Source: Nitrosopumilaceae archaeon
GTDB taxonomy: Archaea; Thermoproteota; Nitrososphaeria; Nitrososphaerales; Nitrosopumilaceae
NCBI GenBank assembly: GCA_965207375.1
Contig: CBDBMG010000003.1
Coordinates: 608,001-672,000, forward strand
DNA length: 64,000 nucleotides
Reading direction: 5' to 3'
The position numbers and the translations under genes are program-made. The notes under the pieces are model-generated. The model saw nothing but the letters and a program-made list of their open reading frames with translations. It did no database searches and was not told where the DNA came from. The first letter of the stretch is position 1. Every line of letters starts with the position of its first letter. Positions 1 to 16,860 of the stretch are shown in pieces.

Positions 1-2164
1 AGCACAAATACGTATATAGGTAATATATATGTGGCTAAGGGTCTATAGGTGCATTATAACCTATAGCCCTAGTAGCTATATAATATATTAATTACAATTG
101 TCTAAATGAGTAAAGTTAACATGCAGATTTGGATTTTTTACTGTGTAAGACAGCCATATGGCTGATATAACACAGGGGGTGCAACTGCACAACCCCAAAT
201 AATTCAAAACATACATTCTAAATTATATGATTATTTAATTATCTAAGTGTTCGGTCCAGCTGCCAGTCATACATAATCACAAAGATTTTAGGTGATATGA
301 GAATTCATCTAGAGTAGCTAGTACATTCAATTAATTCATTCGGTAAGTTATTCCAATCAGTAATGGTATGAGGGAAAAAGCAGCCATAGTAGATTGCTTC
401 ATAAAAAGCAGATAGTAGCTAGATAAAAGCAGATAGTAGCTAGATTGCTTTTCTGATAGTAGTTGGATGATGTTATAGGTGGTATTAATCGCTGATAGTG
501 AGATAAACGTGTAAAGTGAGACATAGAATGAGGTAAGTAATGTTCTGGGATATTCATTGATATCTGGTGGGTCTTGATGTAAAAATTTATAAAAAGTAAT
601 TAGCTAATTATTTGCAATACTTTCTGCATTCATATAAGGTGGACCACTGAAGATCATTCATCATAATTATGGCAGGGGCGTATCTACACCCGGGCCTACG
701 CCCTGGTTAATTTGACTTGTGCCCTGGTAAATTAAATTCATGATTTAATATAAATTCATGATTTAATATAAATGCGCATAAATAAGCGACCGATTATAAA
801 AATACTGCAACATATTACAATTATACAATAATATTTGTTTCTTCAAGTAGAAAACTACCAAAGAAACTATCAAACTACAACATATAACTGAATACAGAGG
901 CAATTGACAAAATCGGTTTTGTATTCTAACGCATTTTGTATTGCCGCCTCACTGAATGCAGCACTGATGTGTTTTAATGGCTATGGAGATTAACAGCAGA
1001 TGGTGATTTTTACTATCTCTTCTTGTGCAGGTGGTGAAATTGCCCTTCCTGATTTTCCAGATTATTTACAAATACTGTGTGACCACTGATAGATAATCAG
1101 TACACACTATCTATGGTATGACCTTAGATTATACTGTACACTGTGACAGATAACTAGCTAAGCCTCATCACCTTACAGGGTTTAGTCTTGGTTCAGTTTT
1201 CCTAGGCAATCCATTGAGTAGACAAAACCACTGAGTAGCTATAGTGTAGAGTAAACTATCAATTATCAGACAATGTGCATACTAATATGGTATGAAAATT
1301 TAGCATCAAATGTAGTTTATTTATACCCATATCATCTTATAGCTACATATCTTAGATGTTTGCAATAGAAAGTAGCTAGTTTGCATTAAAAAATCTCTGG
1401 TACAATTTTGTGTACCCTTACTTAGCTAACGTGCACTCGAGTTTTGTGTTGCCAGACCCTTTCATGCAGGGCATTTATTGCTTGCTGTATAATTATAAGT
1501 GGCTATGCAAAAGAGTTTGGAACAGTTCACAGAAACACCGATTTCTGATGAATGATGATCACTTACGTAGTTGAATATGCATGTGGATTGAACCATAAAC
1601 TCACTAAAGTAGCATCATCTTCATCATGCTGGTCAGCGTTACTTCTTTTGCCCCGCACTGAGTTCTCAGCCATTACTATCATTAACAAAAAAATTAAAAA
1701 TCCTCATCAAAAATTGATAGTTATACTTGTACAAGTTAGCTACCTGCTTGTAAGTTAAAAAATTATATGGTAAAACAAATTTCACAGATAAATTCCATCA
1801 GGCTATAGCTAGTGATGAGCTGGATATCCATCTCAATACCATAAAATATCATGAAAACACCAAACAGAATTGTAGCTAAACTGGCAGGGGTTTTAAAACC
1901 TTTGCTTAGTTTTAAGTTAGGTTATAGTTTAATATGTAGCTACGTACCTGTCAAAAGCAGGAATCAGAATCCACTCTCAAACTATGCATAGCTTCTTTTA
2001 CTGGTATTTAAATCTGTATCTGTGCTGTCCTTGTATTTCTACATCATAAATACACAACATATATGACGGTAGATATCCCTGTGATATGCTATGGTATATA
2101 TTCTGTGTATTTTATGTGAAGCAGGTGATATCCCAGATATTATATGCAAAGTGGGCGCACCCAC

Positions 2165-2353
2165 AGTAGGTCGGCACGTGAGATGAACATTGCTGTTTCC
2201 GTTTGATTAAGAACCATGGAACCACATTCCATTAATGCAGCTGGGTGGACTGGAGCAATGTGAGCAAAGTTCTTTACTCAAGAAAACAACAATAACAGCT
2301 GGGCATTAAACTGGGGACCTCTTGGTCAGCAATCCAACAGTGCTCTAACTAGG
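2165..2353 (-). mobile_element. tRNA-derived SINE remnant (second copy ~25420-25615)
   Basis: The reverse strand has a tRNA-like head (TAGTTAGAGCAC...GGTCCCCAGTTTAATGCCC) followed by a SINE core-like motif, TCACATTGCTCCAGTCCACCCAGCTG. Confidence 0.6.
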
Positions 2354-2473
<120 letters not shown>

Positions 2474-2479
2474 TACAAT

Positions 2480-2710
2480 ATGCGCCATCGTTAAGTTACA
2501 TGAGGTGAAGGGGATATTACCTTAAGATACTACTTATTCATGGGGTTATTGGACAGCACATTTCCTACCACTATAGGGGCCACCAATATAGGGTTTTCAA
2601 GCATCAGGTTTGCTACAAAACCAGAATCAATTTTTTCATGCACAATTTGATACTGTTGAGGCTAATACAATTAAGAAACATTGAGATGAGTACTGGACTA
2701 ATATTATGTA
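2480..2710 (+). mobile_element. CR1/L2-type LINE 3' fragment (paralog ~25740-25970)
   Basis: The paralog translates as TTRGHQYRVFK...KTRINFF...VEA...KHLDEYW, matching the C-terminus of CR1 ORF2. Confidence 0.65.
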
Positions 2711-3295
2711 TCTCTTGTATTTCTCCAGGTAACAGGCCTGGTTGTTGTCACCCTTATAATAATAATGTGTTGTTAAGGCGAAATATGTTACCCTAGGGGG
2801 CCACACATTACTGTGACTTTTAGTGATATTTGTTGGGGAAACATGCATGCATTCCTAGTGGTTCCTGAGAAGCATATATTATAATATTATTATTTATTAG
2901 GTCATTCTTTAGGCTCCTCTGGCTTTGGGTACAGGCTCTGCCTTTGTATACACCCTCCAGTCAGCGGTGCCTAACTGGTAAATTACTAGCTAAGCTGGCA
3001 AGGATTTTCGTATATCTAATCTTCTGGCTTTAAGCCTGATAAGGTTATAAAACCATCAACCAACTATAATATATGTAGCTAGCTAGGTACCTGTTGAAAA
3101 CAATTCCTCCGGGCTGGTGGAGTGGAACTACCGCGCACCTTCTTTCAAAGTATTTATATCAAGGATTAAATATGTATCTGTGCTGTCCTTGTATTTCTAA
3201 ATCATAAATACACATCATATATGACGGTAGATATCCCTGTCATATGGTATCATAAACTACGGTATATATCCCGTATATTTTATGCGAAGCGGGTG

Positions 3296-5484
<2,189 letters not shown>

Positions 5485-6110
5485 GTTAAGCCAAAGGCTG
5501 GTGAGGTGTATCTTTACCTCAATGACGATGAATCCAAAAATGGTACGTCACGGCATGTACGTATACGCATATTCGTAGTATATACTGAGCATATATATCG
5601 CTATAGTAAATAGCATAATTTTTCTAGATGATTGGCGCAGTGATCAGTACAGGTGGAGCAACCAAGGAGTTCACCTCCTTCCTAAGAAGAACCCGAAAGT
5701 GAAAAAATCATATTTTCAAATTGATACTCCTGCATGAGGGACCTTTATCAAGCATGCATAGCTATCAGCTAGTTAATTCACAGATTTCTCAAAAAACGCA
5801 GTGTTGATTCATTACCTCGGAGATGATAACTATGCAGTCAATTTTCCCCATGAGAATTCCAGTGAGGAATCACAAAGACCTTATAGCAGAACCTGTTTGT
5901 CAGTAATGAAAAGTTTGAAAGATGGATGTAAGTATATAGCTAGTACAGCAACAAATGTTTATCGAAAACATGTTACTGAGGTTCCTCCAGAAACACACTT
6001 GGCTGTTTTGCAGCCAAGAAATACCAGACAAGTTAAGAACATCAGATCAATGGTGCAAAGACAACAGGGGCTTTCACATGATGGTCTATACAATCTTCAT
6101 GAATTCCTTG
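5485..6110 (+). pseudogene. MULE/Mutator-type transposase N-terminal region (CG-1/WRKY-GCM1-like), disrupted and truncated
   Basis: VKPKAGEVYLY..|intron ~5543-5627|DDWRSDQYRWSNQG..LPKKNPKVKKSYF..LIHYLGD..FPH..RPYSRT..PRNTRQVKN..LSHDGLYNLHE, with frameshifts near 5735-5790. Confidence 0.7.
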
Positions 6111-8399
6111 GAGAACCACTTGGATGATGTAGATTTTTTACTACCATCTGCAACAGAAAAAAGCAGTAGTAAGTTAAAGCAATCATCTGTAGCTAGATTA
6201 TATTTTCTCTGTGATTTAACACATTTGTACGTACCATATACATACCTATGTTAAGAGGGATAGTTACTAGCTAATACTATTCAAAGATTTATATTTTTGA
6301 CTTGATGACAGCCCTCAAAATATATATTTGAAGTTATAGATTGTCAATGACTCCTAACTGAAAATGTACAGAAACTTTGTTCTACTAAATTGGACTTTGT
6401 TCAGCAGCCTTTTGCTGAAATGGGTTAGAAAATCCCTATTACTGATTTAGAGCTACGTATGCAATGTTAGTTAGCCTATATACTTACAACTAGGTTGTAA
6501 TGAAATCTCAAATCAGGAAATGATATATCTATGGAGGATATCTTCACCTTCTCACACAGTGAATACCACAGATGACTCATACATGTACATAGAGGTTGGC
6601 AACCATTTCAAAGTGCTAATGTTTTATTTATCAATTTATTTGCTATGTAGAGAAAAAGCAATGAAATTCTGATGTATTTTACCATTGATGTGTACTTGTG
6701 GATGCTATACAGAAAATTTCATAACATGCCTGTTCTAAGGAGAGAAGAATATTACGTAGATAAGAAGTACTTTTCACGAGACATCGAATGGAGCTGCGTC
6801 TGCCCCAAATGCCTCCCTTTGTAATATGATATACATTTTATTGTAATAATAAATTAATGGTGTTGGTTGACACTGATTAACGTTAATGTAGAAATGTATA
6901 GCTATAGCCATACTTTCAAGCAAAATAATAATTGATTTTATAGCAACACTCGGATAGCAACACGAATTGTGACATAGAAATGGGACACACTCTATGCGTA
7001 CCGCTGGACACCGGGATGTACCCAGTCTGCATGAGATATTTAAGCGCCGAAGGCGTGGGTATACGCCTCTATTAGCTGCATACATCTGAAGGGTGTACAA
7101 CTCTGATATTTGGACCAAATATCTTACTATGTATAGTTTGCTTAGACATGTACAGTTGTTGTACAAGGCTCCAGGTAATCAAGGTGTCAGTCCTGGTTTT
7201 ACGGATTGGCTTATGTAGCTAACTGTATAGCTAACTAGAGCTGTAAAACTTAACCAGTTAACTGAATAATCGACCAGTTATTTTTGAAATTTCAGTTACC
7301 AGTTATTTTTTCTATAACCTGGTAACTGGTTTTTTAATATTTTCATGCAAAAATGAATGGCACATTCTTGTGTGGTAGGATGATTGTAGATAAACTAACA
7401 TGTCTAATATTGTCTGACATGCACACTTTCAAGCTATGGGTCCAGTTATTTACCATTTTTTGTAACTTTGGAGCAACAGGTGTTTTTGTTGTTTTCCACA
7501 TATACAATAAATAGAGATCTCTAGAAAATCAAGATAGACGAGGAGCATCAGACACACACAAGAAGTTTAATAGAAGGGCCGGTTTTACTGGTAGATATGG
7601 ATAGGAGGTGAAGAATCACCGCCAAACCAGAGTATAGTATAGTCAGCTTGTGAACTGAGTGTAGAAACTATACTAAAAGTAGCTAGTTAGCTAGCTACAT
7701 ATAATCATTTTTGATGAGCATACAAACAACGTGCAGTTTTTAGTTCTTAATATATGGTCAATGGTCATGTTTTTGCTATGGGCCTTTAGCTAGCTACTAT
7801 AAATCTTGTTTAAAAATTGCTGTAGAGCATGTATATATAAGCAGTCTATGTAGAAAACTTTGTAGCTAATCATTGTTGCTGCAAAGACACTAACACCAAT
7901 AAGCTAGCTATTGTATGTAGTTATTTACTTGCATTGCACCAAACCTTTGATGGTACTATGAACACCTTGGGACCAAGGTGTCCTAGCTGAATTACCAGAT
8001 GGGCTTGTGTAGTAAAAGGCTATTTCGGGATCTCAACTAAGAGTGTGGATTACGCGGGTGCCCTCATTTTCAAGTATCCACATTTAACATGTTAACATAA
8101 TTCCACTGTAAGTACATTATATAATTATATTGGTTAAATGCACTCTTACACACTTATGTATGATTACAAGGTTCTGTAATCTAATATAGCAACTATATTA
8201 GCTATATCTTTTAGGTATAGCTATATAGCTACCTATACAGTGATATAGTGTTATAACTTAGCTATACAGTAGCTATAGCCACACTGGCATTATATGCATG
8301 CACTTTGAGAAACACCTTGTAGCTAGCTACAAGCTCTGCCCTTTTTGTGGATACCCCCAGCGCCTAACTAGCTGAAGTCTGAGGTAATTATACTCACAA

Positions 8400-8990
8400 T
8401 ACATTTTGTTACCATGGTAATGGTGCTATCCATATGAGTAGAGGGAAATGTATTTTCAAAGTGACCATTTAACCTTTACAAATTATATCCATACTAGAAT
8501 TACTGGTAAACATGCACATGGACTGTCCTGCAGTGCTACTGCAGCTCCCATTAGCATAGCAGATATATCCTCATAATACCCTTTCAGATTGGACGTTCCT
8601 CACGATAATCCACACTTCACAAAATTTGTAGATAGCTATGTAAAATTTAACTCTTCAGAAATTCTGTCTAGAGTATATTTTGAGTCTTTTGTTTCTTAGA
8701 GAATTTCATGGATATAAGGTTGAATACTGCACTTAGTCAGTCTGCAACAGCAGGAGGTGCAGTGCCACAGTCAGGTAATTAACGCTGCAATTTGTGTGCT
8801 GCTATTAGTTCACTACCTACCTCTACAGATCATTCAATGGTGTTATCTTAACAAGCCTGATGTAGCTACGTACCCCATGGATGTATATGTGAGTCAGGTA
8901 TACATTTACTATAACCGTTTGATACTACAGACCATGACTACATACATACATACAAGCAGAAAAGCTGAAAGGAACTGCAGAGAGTGCAAA
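8400..8990 (+). repeat. Diverged inverted duplicate of ~10030-10655, including small exons
   Basis: For example ACATTTTGTTACCATGGTAATGGTGCTATCCA (8401) is the reverse complement of ~10630-10662. The exons QQQEVQCHSQ and IIQWCY.NK occur in both copies. Confidence 0.85.
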
Positions 8991-11334
8991 CTTAACTTCT
9001 AAATTCTAAAGGACATCCTTACTGTATGTTCGTTAAACAGATAATTATGCAGTGTACGTAGAGATGTAGAAGTCAACTGCAGTTTCATGCATAGCAAAAG
9101 AGAGAGAGACCTAGCTATAGAGTATAGTCTAGATTTGATATTGGTAGCTTGACTACATCGACTGCATAATTGTATATATTTACATTGTAGTAGATATAGA
9201 AGCTCGATAGCTATGTGACATATAGTTATAGGGTCTTGTGAATGGTACAAGCTATAGCTGGATCCTGTGAATGGTACAAAGTTTGTGGACTAGTGCTTTT
9301 TAAAATCATGCACAATTGCAATTTTTGACCTGTATATGTAGCTATCCTTATACGGGGATATATTTTGCTTCTACGCATGCATGTTTCATAAGATATCACT
9401 GTTATAGTAATTACACTGGCTCTATGAATACAAATCTTAAAGCAGTTAATGCCAGTTATTAAAATATCTTCTAAATTAAAGAAGTTATAAATCGGTAGCT
9501 TCAGGTACACACTGATGACTCTTTGACTAGTGCTTTTTCATCTCTATATGCCCTATGTTATACGTATTCTCTTGTCTTTGTAGTAAAATATTTCTCTGAG
9601 TACTTTGTTATAGAGTTCAGGTGATAGTTCATGTGCCATGTGGAGGTTTATGGTGTCCAGCTGCAGCACCATATATATCCAGGTGCTAAAGCTCAAATAT
9701 GCATGAGATCATGAGAGATAGAAAGGTAATGCCTCTCTATCACTATCCAAAAATTCAAAGAACAAAAGTAAATTTGTCCCTCCTCTTCCTACATATCCCT
9801 CGAATAATGTAGTTGCAACTTAGTGGATACATAGATATACAATAGCCAATAAAAACCAAGATTGATAGAGTTATATGTTACAACCTTATAGTCATGTATC
9901 GCTAGTAATTCACTACATGGTTTGTTATGTGTTAGTATAATGCAATACTCATAATAATATTATATAATTTATCATGTGAAATAATCAAGCACATCACATG
10001 AAGAAAATAGTATGTCACACATCTTCGTGTCCATCTCTGCAGCTTTTCTGCTTGTATGTACATAGTCATGGCCTGTAGTATCAATGATACAAGTAACAGT
10101 TATTGTAAATGCATACCTCACTCACATATACATCCACGGGGTGCATACATCACACTTGTTAACATAACACCATTGAATAATCTGTAGAGGTAGGTTGTGA
10201 ACTAATGGCAGCACACAAATTACAGCATTATTTACCTGACTGTGGCACTGCACCTCCTGCTGTTGAAGATTGAGCGAGTGAAGTATTCGACCTGCATAAA
10301 TGGTATGTAAATATCCAAGCTGTTACACAGTGACTTAATAACTATTACAATACTGCATAGTTATATAGCAGAAAATTCTCTAAGGTGAAAATTCCAATAC
10401 AACAAAGTGTGGATTATAGTGAGGACCGTCCAATCTAAAAGGTATTATGAGGACGTATCTGCTACGCTAATGGGAGCTGCAGTAGCAGGACAGTCCATGT
10501 GCATGTTTACCAGTAATTCTAGTATGGGTATATTGGAATATAATTTGTAAAGTTTAAATGGTCACTTTGAAAAGAAATTTCCCCCTATACAGTACTGTGG
10601 TATATACATGTGTTCCAGAATACAATTCATGTGGATAGCACCATTACCATGGTAACAAAATGTACTGACCAACAAATATGTATGCTAAATACTTATACTC
10701 CTACAGTATATCTAAATAGAAAATTTATCATGAGCAACAAATTATTATCACAGCAACAAATATAACTATCAGTATCTCACCATGCACAAGTTAAGTCTCT
10801 CCTTTCTATATTTAGCTTAAAAAATTAAGATAATATATATAGGACCATATGGGTGTACAACTGCTGCCAGATATGTCCTTTGCTCTTTAGTGTCTGATAC
10901 ATGTGTACCTGCTTTTCTGGCATGTGCCGTCATATAGTAGAGACCCAGCGGTCTTTTAGCCAACCTTACTCCTTCCACCCCACTATGCCCACTCACTACC
11001 TCAACATGCAAATCCTCATCTTTAATGGCACTACTAAATTACAAAACCAGCAAATCCAAATAATAATGTGACATCCTGTAGTTTTATAGACCCAATCACA
11101 AAATTAATGTGCATGCACAATGCACAAGAGGGCACAGCGTCAACCTCCTAACTTACTGTTTGTCTGCCTACTACAAAGTACATATATTATAACTAACATG
11201 AAACACCCTCAGATAGAGACGTATTGTTTAGTTGTCCCCTATCATCTAGTCTTAGATCCACCCATGCACAGATGTGTATGCAACACACATGCATACACTC
11301 ATGCATACCTATATACTGTATACAGCGTATATCT

Positions 11335-11490
<156 letters not shown>

Positions 11491-11547
11491 AACTGGAAAG
11501 GAGCAACTTCAGAAGTAATATTTACTACCGAAGCCTTGTGAAAGTGG

Positions 11548-12030
11548 ACTAAAAAATAGTACCTTCAATGTATGAAGAATCGTTGACCTGAAGTCGTTTG
11601 ATATCCATGACACGAGTTTTCCGTACGCGCCTTATAAACTCCTTCCTGTAATCAAAAATATTTTAGGCGCCCGTCGTTTTTTTTTCTTTCTTTCTTCTTC
11701 TTTCTTTCATTTTCATCGCACACTTTTTGTGCGCTTGCGCGTGAATTCCAGAATTTCTATTTGAAACACTCACACTTATTTGTCTAATAACTCACTCATT
11801 TCTGCATGGATTTCAACCAAATTTGTATCAACACTTTTCCTATGTATGCTCTACCAGACAAACAACTTTCAGCATAAAGCAAATACCTAACTGTATTTGA
11901 GAGATACTTTTACACTGCATGTTGATAGTTTCCATAACTCGGACCCCCTCTAAATCATTTGAATAAAATTTAAGATACACAAACTATATTGATATATGAA
12001 TCTTCAGGATAAGTTTAAAGAAATTGTGAC
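11548..12030 (+). mobile_element. Interspersed non-autonomous repeat, possibly Helitron/Helentron-like (inverted copy ~24200-24737)
   Basis: ACTAAAAAATAGTACCTTCAATGTATGAAGAATCGTTGACCTGAAG matches the reverse complement of ~24690-24737. Internal simple-repeat tract. Family assignment is tentative. Confidence 0.6.
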
Positions 12031-12475
12031 ACTTCAGTTTGTCAAAATTAGCCTTTAATGATCATTCATGCTTATGTGCCATGCAAGATAATTATACCAA
12101 ACAACACGAGGTGAACAGTGGCCACACATTATAAATAGGAGACCACTGTCCTGTTAGCATGCACAAAATTTATTTATAGCATTATAATATATCTTCTCCT
12201 GTAGATCAATCAACAGTACAGGACATGATGGCAATGATGTAGTCTTCATTGAGGTTCTTCACTGTTCTCCACCTATATACATAGCTAACAATTATAGTAA
12301 TACGTACTTTATATGTTCATTAGCTACTTGGGGGAAATACAAGCTGGGGAAACACCTAAAGTATTAACTTCCAGCTCCTCTCCCCTTTAAATTTTTATTA
12401 CTCTGCATACTTCATATAAGGTTTCTTGTCAGGACTTGTTTATAATTGTAATCTATATTTACAAAAAGCAGTGAT

Positions 12476-12773
12476 ATGCTAAACAAAAACAGCCTGGCTG
12501 TAAAAAAAGTGCGAGGCCAATCAGAAGCCACAATGGCTATAAGCGACCAAAATCTCTGATATCAAGTAAGGCCAAGAAGTTGAACATTTTATTAAGAATC
12601 CTTTTACTTGAATGACATACAATAGTTTACAGGGCATTTTCACAACTATGATTGGCTTTGTCACTTGGCCTTCTTGGCCTTACTTGATATCAGAGATTTT
12701 GGTCGCTTATAGCCATTGTGGCTTCTGATTGGCCTCGCACTTTTTTTACAGCCAGGCTGTTTTTGTTTAGCAT
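12476..12773. repeat. Foldback with ~103-bp arms (12476-12578 / 12671-12773), same family as 23481-23907
   Basis: The arms read as exact reverse complements by eye. Confidence 0.9.
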
Positions 12774-12979
12774 GAGATATACGCACTGATATCAGTGCGT
12801 ATATCTCATTAACCCTGGGGTATCATGCATTATGGTAAATATAATATATATGTACATGATGATATATATGTAACACTTTCACACCTCAGATCAAAGGAAA
12901 TTCCAGTGTATATATATGATATTGCACTGGCTGTGGAATGTTAACGAGATATACGCACTGATATGAGGTGTGAAAGTGT

Positions 12980-13038
<59 letters not shown>

Positions 13039-13089
13039 TTATGTACTCTTGGTTATCATCATGTACATATATTATATTTACCATAATGC

Positions 13090-13335
13090 ATGATGGTCAC
13101 TCCAGCTGTAGGCAGCCGAGTAAGATTAATAAAAGGCAATGAGTGTGCTGGAATTGCAACATTAATCGATGGAGATACACTACATGGATACACGTTTCCT
13201 AGAACCTTTCAAAAAGTGATTCTGGAAGCTGTAAAGCCAGGAGTACCTCCTGAGTTGAAGGGACCATTTGAAGATGATTGTCTTTGTAATGGACAAATTA
13301 CAGCATGGCCCTTTAATCAAATGGAGTGTATGTGA
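13090..13335 (+). CDS. Orphan exon/ORF resembling the small domain at the C-terminus of CACTA/En-Spm accessory proteins (DUF8039/Tnp1-like)
   Basis: Motif LHG.tfP..fqKV.le.v.P..p..l.gPf.dd....g.itAWP, recognised from memory and not searched. Confidence 0.45.
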   Translation: MMVTPAVGSRVRLIKGNECAGIATLIDGDTLHGYTFPRTFQKVILEAVKPGVPPELKGPFEDDCLCNGQITAWPFNQMECM

Positions 13336-14299
13336 AATATGCAATGTACATATACGTACATATTACTCTGTTGATATGGATATTTAATCTAAACTCCAAC
13401 ATATCTTTTACCACCTATGCTAAGAATAATTAAGGCACACAAAATAATTGTATGACAACACTTAACAAGTATGTATAGCTAACTATTAATTGTTTATTTT
13501 ATATTACAGTTGGTAGTAATACAGTATCCATGGCAACAGTAGCCACTAGCAACAGTGGTTCAGGTACATATGATCACTTGTAGTACACACGTATGTATTA
13601 ATAATTGTTTATTTTTTACATTACAGTTCATTGTACGTAGCTAGTACGTATTTTTATACATGATAACATCAAGAAACGTAATGTTTCCCAGTTACTTTGA
13701 TTCTCAACATGGTGCTGTAGTTTGTTTGTAATAACAATGGAGCAACTTTGGCTGGCAGAAATTTTATCAGGATTACAGAAACAAATCTTTCCTTTAGGAT
13801 TAGCATTTTTAAGTATCTTGTATTTACCTGCATTGATCTGACGACAGTCATAATAATGTCCAAGCAAAAACCAGCCTAGTTCACACTTCCGATTGTAATT
13901 TGTTAGGAAAGACATGTATATACACAGCTCAAATTTACAGGGTGAGTAGATATAACATCACTTTATCATCATTGAGCTGTGTTTTGACATTCCCAAAATT
14001 TTCATGGGCAATTAATCAGAGGTGTACGTGATTTGGTTTTTGCTCATACAGCTGCAGTCACATATGCATAGGCATCAGTCACAAGATACGTAGATGTATT
14101 ATACATAAATATTATATGCATGTGTGTACTGATGTATTATTATTATACATTCATTTGTACATACATCTTATGGAACAAATCAACTCCTTCCTCAATATGT
14201 AACACCCTTTACACTGACTTTACCCTCAACACTGGAGGTGTGTAGCTGCACTGCGAGGCTACCGATTCATTATTAACCACTTTAAACTACAAAAAACTA

Positions 14300-14417
14300 C
14301 TATGTACTACTACTACTACTACTACTACCACCACTACCACTACCACTACCACTACCACTACCACTACCACCACCACCACCACTACTACTACTACCACTAC
14401 TACTACTACTACTACTA
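14300..14417. repeat. (ACT)n/(ACC)n microsatellite at the 3' side of the R4-like element
   Basis: Direct inspection. Confidence 0.95.
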
Positions 14418-15785
14418 AATTTTCATAAATGATTCGCATGTACAACAGTACAGTAAAATAAGAACTATGACATGTACAATTACATAAGAAATAGTTCATT
14501 GGTGAATGGGTATTGTTCTCAATACTTGTGAGGTCCCAATCAGCACAGCTTTCTGTAAGTGGCCAAACAGTTTCAGTGTGAACCCTGGGATTTTCTTTAA
14601 AAACTGTAAGCAATGAGAGGAAACCACGCCCGTACATCCCAGAACAACTGGGATAATGGTAACTGGCATATTATACATTTGGTGGAAATCTGCTGCCAGG
14701 GAGCAATACTTATTAATCTTTTCATCCTCTTTAGTTGAAACATTAATATTTGCTGGGCAAGAAATCTCAATAAAGAATATCTCTTGCTGGTGAAAATCAT
14801 AAAGCACAATGTCAGGGCGATTACTTGGATGGTTATGACTTGTAACCAATCCGAAATCCCATAATATCTTGGCAATGGAAGATTCAATCACTGGCGGAGG
14901 CTTATGACTATACCATGATCTGCCACACGACTGAATAGAGTAAAACTTCATCAAGTGCCAATGAATCACAGCAGCAACCAAATTGTGGCGGTGCAAATAT
15001 GCTGTAGTGGCAAGTATGGGGCAGGCTGCCAAAAGGTGCACTATTGTCTCCTCAGATGTACCACATATTCTACACATCAATGAGGGAATAGATTTGTGCA
15101 TCACCTTGGCCTCAATTACTCTAGTTGCAAGGACTTGATCCTGCACGGCCAATATAGTAGATTCTGTCTCAGAGTGAAGATGCAGTTTAAGCCAGTTAAA
15201 ACTACTTCGTTTATCCACCACATCCGAGTTAACAAAAGAGAAATACCGGCCATGCAAAGGCTTAGCCAGTAAAGCTGACATCAACAAACTTTTCTGTTTC
15301 TTACAAATCTCACTCTTCAAAGAAAACATATCACACTGCCGCAAATCACACGGCACTGACAAAGATGCACAATAAGACACAGCCCTAGAAATCAAAGAGG
15401 AACGTGGTGGTAACAGTTCATCTAATTTAAAACACATGCCCACCAAGCTATCAGTAGATGTAGAGAGGTGGCATGCAAATGAGACCATTCTTCTATAGAA
15501 AAGATTCTCCACATTAATCAGGCCCAAACCACCAGCACTTCGAGGCAAATAGAGACGTTCCACAGCACTCCGTGGATGGTGACTGTAAGCTGCTGTCAAC
15601 ACTTTCCTGGTTTTCACATCAAATTGAGCAATCTCTGTTTTAGTCCAAGGAATAATTCCAAAACCATACGACAATAGTGGGACACAAAATGAGTTAGTTG
15701 CTCTAACCTTACGAGGGCCACTCAAGAAAGATTTCCATATCAAAGATAATCGCTTTAAATATACCTCCAGTATCGTCTTCTTGCT
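14418..15785 (-). mobile_element. 5'-truncated R4/Dong-like non-LTR retrotransposon (RT C-terminal region, CCHC knuckle, restriction-like endonuclease)
   Basis: Open frame to the stop at 14496: ERLYLPRSAGGLGL, CRICG..EETIVHLLAAC, RHN, ILWDF..NRPDIV, IEISCP, K..KY, PVVLGCTG. Confidence 0.9.
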
Positions 15786-15910
<125 letters not shown>

Positions 15911-16860
15911 AGTACAACCTTAATTTTAATAAAACATACACACACACAAAAACTGCATGAACCTGAGGGTGGGGGCCTGCACAGTGCAATATTCTAAGCA
16001 CACTGTGCCCAAGTGAGCTTAAGGGAAAAAAACCTGATAGACTCTTCTCTTTTTTTGTCTGCCTGGAAAAAACCTGTGTGCACAACCACCCTCAAAATTG
16101 TTAGCGTAAATTACTGTATGTGTGAAAAAGTCTACAGCAGCATCGGCAATCAGGAGCTGGACAGTTGTCAAGGAATTAAACACAATACATTCATCAGGGT
16201 GGGTGGGTGGGAGGTAGCCTATGCTAGGGGTATTGCAGCATAGAATTGAACACGTGTTCATACATTAATTAGCTTATATACCCAAACTTACCCTGATACC
16301 ACACGTGCCAATCACGTGCATACCTTATTCCGGAAGGAGGTTATATGCTGTCTAATTCACTATGTTCAACCGACAGAAAATACACAAGGCATAATTGATT
16401 CACAATTATTGTACATGTCCTCTAGATCTGTCCTGTATGTATCTCTTCAAACACTAAAGTACTACTGCCCCATGATCAACTTTTTACCAATTTAATTTTT
16501 GTTAAAATATTTGGACAAGGAATAATGGAAATGACACAAAGTGTGAATCAACTTTTCCTGGCCTAAAGTTTTTGATCATTTCCTCATGCATATGCCGTCA
16601 AATATAATAAATATACTGACAAAAATCCATGCAATTGCAACACAGTATTCTAGTGTCAATGTTAATGTATAATCTTTCATTGGATCAGTTATTGGTCTAT
16701 TTGCATTGGTCTTGCATATAAACATGACTTCTTCAATATTCTTTAATTTGTTTTAGATAACTCCCAGGAGTGTGGTCATACGGTACATCTACAAAAGTAT
16801 ACATTAAACGATGTGCATGTGAATATACATTATAATTATATACATACATAATGCATAATT

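Noticed and set aside
2290-2353. tRNA gene
   Set aside because: Degenerate A/B boxes, no complete cloverleaf, and it is attached to a SINE-like body.
16610-16650. CMDFC resembling the TET/JBP motif (ACxDFCAHxHxD), tempting given the KDZ-TET association
   Set aside because: No HxD iron-binding motif follows, and no other 2OG-Fe(II) motifs are visible.
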